NCBI GenBank assembly: GCA_902787305.1
Contig: CADAFS010000004.1
Location: 5,582 to 69,581, forward strand
Length of the DNA stretch: 64,000 nt
Origin: an uncultured Pseudomonadota bacterium
Lineage (GTDB): Bacteria > Pseudomonadota > Alphaproteobacteria > Rs-D84
Direction of reading: 5' to 3'
Below are positions 38,567 through 44,802 of this stretch, in pieces. The translations under genes were made by a program, and so were the position numbers. How positions within the stretch are numbered: position 1 is the first letter of the stretch; every line of letters begins with the position of its first letter. The notes below the pieces were generated by a model. It was not told the origin of the DNA. It saw nothing but the letters and a program-made list of their open reading frames with translations, and did not search any database.

Positions 38567-38777
38567 CATTCCGAATAAACCCCGCCCTTGCGGCGGGGTC
38601 GATGCGACCAAAGCGATAGCGATGGTCAAATCGGGGGCGGGTAAAAATATCCATCCGTCTCGCCTACTTTTTTTTGCGAAACAAGGGAACAACCCGCCCC
38701 CGCATCGCGCGAAATTTTTATTCGCGCTCTGCGGCCCCGCCGCAAGGGCGGGGCGATATTTTTTTCATTCCGATAAC
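38565..38777. repeat. hairpin-mosaic element E4 bounded by direct repeats
   Basis: ttcattccgaataa ... ttcattccgataa direct repeats. Mirror-image hairpins ccccgcccttgcggcgggg (38580-98) and ccccgccgcaagggcgggg (38735-53). Inner inverted repeat gggggcggg/cccgccccc. Confidence 0.75.
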
Positions 38778-39100
38778 GCACGATAAAGCGCATCGGGCGT
38801 TTGTATAAACGGTGCGCACATTTTAATTGCATCTTTGGCCATATTGACACAGGTCCAATTTTTTCGCGGGAAATTTCGTGGCAAATCACACGGCACATAA
38901 ACAAAGCACCAACCGTATTTGCGAAGCATTTTCATATCCCGCGCCCGCAGAACAATTTTTTCAATATGTCCATGCGATATGAATTGATATAGTGTAAATT
39001 TCGCGCGCCCACGCACGATAACCGCACAGTGCCGAAATTTTTTACAAAATATATTTGGTAAAATTTTTGAAGATTTTTGTGCAAACCCAATAATAACCAT
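38765..39100 (-). CDS. hypothetical protein
   Basis: 111-aa ORF, co-directional with and downstream of virB10; Cys/His-containing, no family recognised. Confidence 0.4.
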   Translation of the reverse strand: MVIIGFAQKSSKILPNIFCKKFRHCAVIVRGRAKFTLYQFISHGHIEKIVLRARDMKMLRKYGWCFVYVPCDLPRNFPRKNWTCVNMAKDAIKMCAPFIQTPDALYRALSE

Positions 39101-39117
39101 ATTAAAATCCTTTTCGT

Positions 39118-39462
39118 TTATTCAATCCAACCCTTGGCGCGGGCGGCCGCATCAATAACGCGCATCGCCGAATCCCACACGGCGGCGGCATGATTTTCAC
39201 GCCAAATATATTGGTGTGGTGCGCGCCGGCGATCGCCAAATTCTTTGATAACCGACAATTGTTCATCATTTAATTTTCCCGCCAAATAAAGTTTTGTAAT
39301 CATTGTTTCAACATCAACCAATTCGCACACGCGCCGTGTCGCCACATTACCGCGATATTGCCCAATATCATTACGCACAGATTTAGAATACAAAAACCAA
39401 AACCATATTTGTTCTGCGCTTTGAAATTTTTCCGGTGTTATATTGACTTGTGAATTATTCAT
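39118..39462 (-). CDS. hypothetical protein
   Basis: 114-aa ORF, co-directional with virB10 but separated from it by about 285 nt. Confidence 0.4.
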   Translation of the reverse strand: MNNSQVNITPEKFQSAEQIWFWFLYSKSVRNDIGQYRGNVATRRVCELVDVETMITKLYLAGKLNDEQLSVIKEFGDRRRAPHQYIWRENHAAAVWDSAMRVIDAAARAKGWIE

Positions 39463-39748
39463 TATAATTTCTCCTTTTTTTCTAATTCCTTTTAATATAT
39501 AAAGACACGATTGAGTTCAGTAAATAACTACAACCATAAATTGAAACAAAGTGTGAATTAGCGATTCGTTCAGTGTTTATGAAAAAAATTCCTGCGAATC
39601 GATAAACATTTGTTTTTTTATAAAAGGCGATGCATATGCATCGCCTCTCTCACTTATGGCATAATATATATGTTTGCTATGTCATGTTAAAATCCTTTGG
39701 TTAAAAAAACCGCCATGCGGCGGTTTAGTTGTTTTTATAATCTGTGCA

Positions 39749-42175
39749 CTAAAACACAATCGGCGGGAAACAATCACCACCCGTATTCGGACAGCAATTA
39801 AACCCTTGGTCACCCATGTCGGTGTATGTTTCACCCGGACAGCATCCATTGACATCCGGATTCGCGCCACCATCACATGTGATAACAGATGTGTTTTGCT
39901 GTTGCGCCGGCGCGGCGGGCGTTTCCTTTTTGAACGGATTCTTTATAGTGCCATCCGCATTATATTCAAGTCCAAGAACCTGGGTATTATAGTCAACGGT
40001 ATTCGCACCTGTGGTATAATCTGTTTTCTGCACACCCATTTGTTGCTGGTTTTGGAACACCGCTTCTTGCCGTGCATTATTGATTGCGGTATATGTCCCA
40101 AATGAACGACAATAGAAATCAAGCGTCGCAAAACTATAATTTCTACAAATCTCCACATCATTCCAATTGCTTACAGGCACAGATGCTTTTTGTCCTGTTG
40201 GGGCGGTGCAACATCTTTCCTGTAATGAAGCCTGCATCATGGAACGAACCTGACCAATAAGTTCTTCCATATCTGTACTTGGGGTTATGTTATTGGCGGC
40301 CGTTCTCCAATTCGCGCGGTTCTCACCACCTGTACCATCCGCTGCCTTGGTTTGGTATGGTCTTATTGCACACGCCTTACCCGGTTGATCACCACACGTC
40401 ACAAATAAATCAACCGGCGAAAATACGGTAATACGTGTGCCCGCGGCAATTGAAAAAGGCGGTGTTGTATTATTCATAACATCAACCAATAATTTTGTCG
40501 CAACATTATTCCATGCGGTGATAATTTCATTCTTGGCCAGTTCGGATGAACGCACCGTTCCGCTTTGAACAACGGTATTATTATCCAAATCAATCTGATT
40601 CACAAATGCATCGGACACCGGTGCAATCAAATTTACCGCCGCCGGCACAATAGCGGTCAGCATTGGCATAATAAATTGTTGCAAATAATCCGTACTGCCG
40701 TGCCCGGGGACACCCTTGCGTCCTTGGGAATCCGCCGAAAACGGACGTTGGTTATCTTTTGTAAAATTAAACTCAACCCCATCGGGACGAATAAATTGAT
40801 ACCATTCTATTTGCATACGACCAACGGCCTTGTATGGCCCTGGCAAATTCCCCGTCACATACCCCAGCATCAATGTCCCAGTTGGAATAATCACTGTGCG
40901 ACCGTTATCGGAATAAACATTCCTATCCACCGTTGCACGCACCGGAAGACCATTCGTTAACATCTCTGCATCCGCTTGAACATCCGAAACAATTGTCGCC
41001 GGAATTGGTTTATATTGACGCAACACAAATGTCCGGTCATATGGCATAGATGAAAATACACCGTCACTTGCACCAGACCCAAGATACGTTTCTTCTTTGA
41101 CCTTGTTCGGTGTCAACTCCAGTTTTTTCATTCCGCCCATGCCGCTCGATTGCCGCTCGGCAACCAAGGCGTTCAGTTCCGCATCCGTCAATTGCCGTGC
41201 CCGATTCCCGCGTTTCTTTACCGAACGCGCGCCCAATGCGGGTAATTGGTCCGTAATGGTCAAACGAATATGTTCCGCATCCGACCCAATACGCCGCGCC
41301 GGATTATTTATATCCATAATATAACCCGTATCCGGATTATAAATTCCGGTCGGCGTTTTACAATTCACATCGGAAAACGGGTGATAGTAATACGCACCGC
41401 CGTCGGGCCTTATCCAACCCGCATGTACGCCGGATATATTGTATCCCGGAAAAGAAAATTCCGAACAACCCGCGCCCGACGTCGAACCCGTGGGCGTTGC
41501 GGCAACCGTTGGATCCGGCCAATCATATGTCGGCATTTGCGTATTATTAAAATCAAATTCCGGCGAAATATCGTCCACATCTTTTTCAAAATCATACGTC
41601 GGTTCCGGTTCAAAAATCGGGTCCGGTTCATATGTCGGTTCGGGTTCCGGCGCGGGTTGTATCTTTAACGGTTCACGCGCACCAATAACAATAGTAATTG
41701 CGTTTGGTTCGTCACGTTCCACGCCCGTGGCAAAGTCTGTCCATTTAATCGCAACATCAACATTGGTAATGGTAATTGGATGTTCGGGTTCGTATTTCAA
41801 CCGTATTTTGCACGGCATATCCGCATCGATAATAGTATTTTCATTTGTGCATGTTTCGGTTGCCGAAATTCCCGCGGCATCGGTCGTATCACCATCAACC
41901 ACAACATTTACATCCGTCACCTGGACACGGGTATTTGCCGACACAGTATATTCAATTTCGCGCGATTCACCAACATCCGTATCAACCCAGTCAATCGGTT
42001 CATTCGGCGACACAATCAGTTCCGGCGTGACCGCCACCGGTGAATCAACGATCTCAACCTTTTTTGTATCCTTGCCCCGCGTTAGCATCACGAACAACGC
42101 AACCACAACAATGATTGCCACAATAAGCAAGAACCATTGCAACCCACGCGGCGAAGAATCATTTTCCATACTCAT
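39749..42175 (-). CDS. virB10: T4SS core component VirB10/TrbI, extended form
   Basis: N-terminal TM (WFLLIVAIIVVVALFVML), Pro-rich PAPEPEPTYEPDPIFEPEP, and TrbI/VirB10 beta-barrel region (IPATIVSD...VIIPTGTLMLGYV...RMQIEWYQFIRPDGVEF...). ATG 42175 has SD aagggga. Confidence 0.8.
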   Translation of the reverse strand: MSMENDSSPRGLQWFLLIVAIIVVVALFVMLTRGKDTKKVEIVDSPVAVTPELIVSPNEPIDWVDTDVGESREIEYTVSANTRVQVTDVNVVVDGDTTDAAGISATETCTNENTIIDADMPCKIRLKYEPEHPITITNVDVAIKWTDFATGVERDEPNAITIVIGAREPLKIQPAPEPEPTYEPDPIFEPEPTYDFEKDVDDISPEFDFNNTQMPTYDWPDPTVAATPTGSTSGAGCSEFSFPGYNISGVHAGWIRPDGGAYYYHPFSDVNCKTPTGIYNPDTGYIMDINNPARRIGSDAEHIRLTITDQLPALGARSVKKRGNRARQLTDAELNALVAERQSSGMGGMKKLELTPNKVKEETYLGSGASDGVFSSMPYDRTFVLRQYKPIPATIVSDVQADAEMLTNGLPVRATVDRNVYSDNGRTVIIPTGTLMLGYVTGNLPGPYKAVGRMQIEWYQFIRPDGVEFNFTKDNQRPFSADSQGRKGVPGHGSTDYLQQFIMPMLTAIVPAAVNLIAPVSDAFVNQIDLDNNTVVQSGTVRSSELAKNEIITAWNNVATKLLVDVMNNTTPPFSIAAGTRITVFSPVDLFVTCGDQPGKACAIRPYQTKAADGTGGENRANWRTAANNITPSTDMEELIGQVRSMMQASLQERCCTAPTGQKASVPVSNWNDVEICRNYSFATLDFYCRSFGTYTAINNARQEAVFQNQQQMGVQKTDYTTGANTVDYNTQVLGLEYNADGTIKNPFKKETPAAPAQQQNTSVITCDGGANPDVNGCCPGETYTDMGDQGFNCCPNTGGDCFPPIVF

Positions 42176-42197
42176 TACCAATTCCCCTTAAAAAACA

Positions 42198-43748
42198 TTA
42201 CTGTATGCGAACCACCTGGCAACTGGCGCCACTAAACTTTAACAATTGGTCACACAATTGCTGCGCGGTATCAATATCCGGCATCGGCCCGATACGCAAC
42301 CGATACAGCCGCGCCGCCGAAGATGTCGCCCCAAGTTCGCCAACGCCTTCTTCGTCAACGGCATAAAACACGCTGTCTTTATATTTATTCAATAATCCTT
42401 TGCCGTCATTACCACTGAATCGTGCAACCAATCCGGCCCAGTATTCATCCAATGCCTTGACACTGCTGTCCGACCGCAATTCAACGGCGACACCACCTTG
42501 GTTGCTGGTAATAAGTGGTATATTCGAATTCGGCAAATAAGACCCCGCGGTCACGCGTTCGGTTGGCATCATACTTATGCCACGCGTGCCATTGCCCAGG
42601 GCGGGCGCATCATACGTGCCATACATCATCGTGCCCGTATTCATCGGCATCGCCGGCATGGTCGGCAACACCGCGGCATTTGGCACATTGCTAATATACG
42701 TCGGACTTGCGGTAAGGTTTCCGTACCCCGCATTTATCGCGGTCATATTGTCGGCATAAATCATATTATTTAATGAATTGCCCGACATCATACTTTGCGC
42801 AACATTCGCCTCGGCCAATGCCATCACACTTGCGGTGTCGGCAATCAAGAACGGCTTTGCGCGCTTTTTAATACATACAATGCGTTGTCCACTGCGCAGA
42901 ACCATATCGCCCACGGCCTCTACAATAAGCAACCGACCATCTTGACCATCGGTGCGGAACCCGACCGGCGATTCGCCGCCTTCGACCAACAACGACACCA
43001 CGGGACGTTGCGTCATTGAAATAACCTTGTCGCCAAAGTCAATATACGTGAACACACGGTCACGCCATACGCGTTCCGGCGCAATTACATAGTCGTCCGG
43101 ATTTGGAACAAAAATATCCAAATCGAAACGGAATTCCGACGGGTCAATCTTCATTGTTTTAATCCAATCGTAATCTTCGCCATCGACACCGATGCTGGTG
43201 CTTTTCGTATTTGTGTTTTTAAATATGGAATTCATCGACCCGCCACTTGGTGCGGTTGCCGCGCCCGCCATGGGCAAACGGGCATTGCCATCCAAAACAA
43301 CATCAACCTGGGAATAGGTAATTTCGGACGCGTTCGACGGTTCACTGCGCAGATAGAAAGTATAAACATTTCCCGACTTTCCCGTCACAATCAAATTTGT
43401 ATCCGACCCCATATTGTCCGGCGCGGGTGTAATGTAAAGCGTCCGCCCGCCTTGATTTCCATTGATTTGAAAGAACCCTTCGTTTCCGACAACCGCGTCT
43501 TCAATCTGTTCGCCCTTTGGCAAGTTTACCATCGTCACCATACCATTACGCAATTTCACCGGCAACACAGTCCCCGGTTCCCACGCAAGTTGTGCGTATC
43601 CGGGTTTCAAACTGCCACTTGCCATATTGGCGTTTGGATTATCCCACGCGGCCTGAACACCCCAGTTTCCGTCCAACGGCGCCGCCCACGCACCAGATGC
43701 GACAACACATGCGCAAATTGCAAATCTAAAAATCCAAAGTGCTTTCAT
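42198..43748 (-). CDS. virB9: T4SS core component VirB9/TrbG fused to a C-terminal SPOR domain
   Basis: Signal peptide and a VirB9-like N and C domain (NLIVTGKSGNVYTFYLRS...). C-terminal ...LYRLRIGPMPDIDTAQQLCDQLLKFSGASCQVVRIQ is SPOR-like. Confidence 0.75.
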   Translation of the reverse strand: MKALWIFRFAICACVVASGAWAAPLDGNWGVQAAWDNPNANMASGSLKPGYAQLAWEPGTVLPVKLRNGMVTMVNLPKGEQIEDAVVGNEGFFQINGNQGGRTLYITPAPDNMGSDTNLIVTGKSGNVYTFYLRSEPSNASEITYSQVDVVLDGNARLPMAGAATAPSGGSMNSIFKNTNTKSTSIGVDGEDYDWIKTMKIDPSEFRFDLDIFVPNPDDYVIAPERVWRDRVFTYIDFGDKVISMTQRPVVSLLVEGGESPVGFRTDGQDGRLLIVEAVGDMVLRSGQRIVCIKKRAKPFLIADTASVMALAEANVAQSMMSGNSLNNMIYADNMTAINAGYGNLTASPTYISNVPNAAVLPTMPAMPMNTGTMMYGTYDAPALGNGTRGISMMPTERVTAGSYLPNSNIPLITSNQGGVAVELRSDSSVKALDEYWAGLVARFSGNDGKGLLNKYKDSVFYAVDEEGVGELGATSSAARLYRLRIGPMPDIDTAQQLCDQLLKFSGASCQVVRIQ

Positions 43749-43773
43749 TTTTCCCTTCCTTTTCTTTGCGTAT

Positions 43774-44430
43774 TTATTTTGATATCCAATTCAACGGGTC
43801 GTTCCCATTCAACACCGTGTATTCCATGACTTTCAGTCCCAACGGATTGTTTAGCCGCTCCACCCAATCAATAATCCTGTCGTTATCCTTGGCCAAAACA
43901 ACACGAATCTTATAGTCCTTTTTATTTGTCGGCCCACTGTTTGATTCACAGTAATATCGTATCGTCACGGTATATGTGTCTTCCTTTAATACCAACGGCG
44001 CACCAATAAATGTGACGGGGCATGTAAACGCAAAGTCCGGATAGTCACCAATAATTGCGTTATACATATCGGTCTGTGTGAATGCCTTGTAAACCGCGGG
44101 CGTGGACCACATTGCAACAACGCCACCTTCGTTACCCCACTTGCGCCGCATAATGGAAGTATTGCGTTCCACTTCGTTCCGGGCGCGGACATATTCCATA
44201 ACGAACGCCTTTTTATATTCGTCCACGTTTTCATCACTTGCCGGCAATTCAGTAATTTGAATACTTGATGAATTTGCGGGCTTGGTCGTGATAAAGAAAA
44301 TTTCGGGTCGATTTAGTGGAAACATTTTCCCCAGTGTCATAAACAATACAAACAGCACCACCGCCATTCCGGCGAATACAAACACAACCAATCTGGACAG
44401 CAAAACAGGCGGTTCTATGCGGTGTTGCAA
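43774..44430 (-). CDS. virB8: T4SS component VirB8
   Basis: Single N-terminal TM, NTF2-like periplasmic domain, C-terminal NNPLGLKVMEYTV motif. Start taken as TTG 44430, preceded by taggagagg; the maximal ORF extends to TTG 44481. Confidence 0.75.
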   Translation of the reverse strand: MQHRIEPPVLLSRLVVFVFAGMAVVLFVLFMTLGKMFPLNRPEIFFITTKPANSSSIQITELPASDENVDEYKKAFVMEYVRARNEVERNTSIMRRKWGNEGGVVAMWSTPAVYKAFTQTDMYNAIIGDYPDFAFTCPVTFIGAPLVLKEDTYTVTIRYYCESNSGPTNKKDYKIRVVLAKDNDRIIDWVERLNNPLGLKVMEYTVLNGNDPLNWISK

Positions 44431-44543
44431 GGTTCCTCTCCTAAACGTTTTTTTTGATTGTAGAAAAAATCTTGCAACCAATGCAAGTAAAAAATAGTGG
44501 TCAGTGCAAATGGAAAGTGTCGGTGTAGTCAGTCATATAGATG

Positions 44544-44585
44544 TTACCAATTTTGATGACAAGATTACCAATTTTGATGACAAGA
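44544..44585. promoter_or_regulatory. perfect 21-nt tandem direct repeat in the virB8 / gene B divergent control region
   Basis: ttaccaattttgatgacaaga occurs twice, at 44544-44564 and 44565-44585. Confidence 0.6.
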
Positions 44586-44610
44586 TTATCGGAATAATAC
44601 AACAATTTCC

Positions 44611-44660
44611 AGAACGGCGTCACCCCCACTAACCACTTACACTACCACTTCACACTAACA
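44611..44660. repeat. truncated mosaic-element end plus heptamer array (H5)
   Basis: tttccagaacggcgtcac (compare 13351 attccagaaccgcgtcac) followed by cactaaccacttacactaccacttcacactaaca. Confidence 0.7.
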
Positions 44661-44802
44661 TAAAAATTTTTTCCAAAAAAATGAAAAAAGCACTTGACCC
44701 GATTCGACGAAATTTAGTAGCCTGGTATTAAAGAAATAGTTGTGTTTGTGTGCAAACGCACGGAAACCGGGCTTTTCGGGGCGAAAGGAAGGGAACGAAA
44801 AC

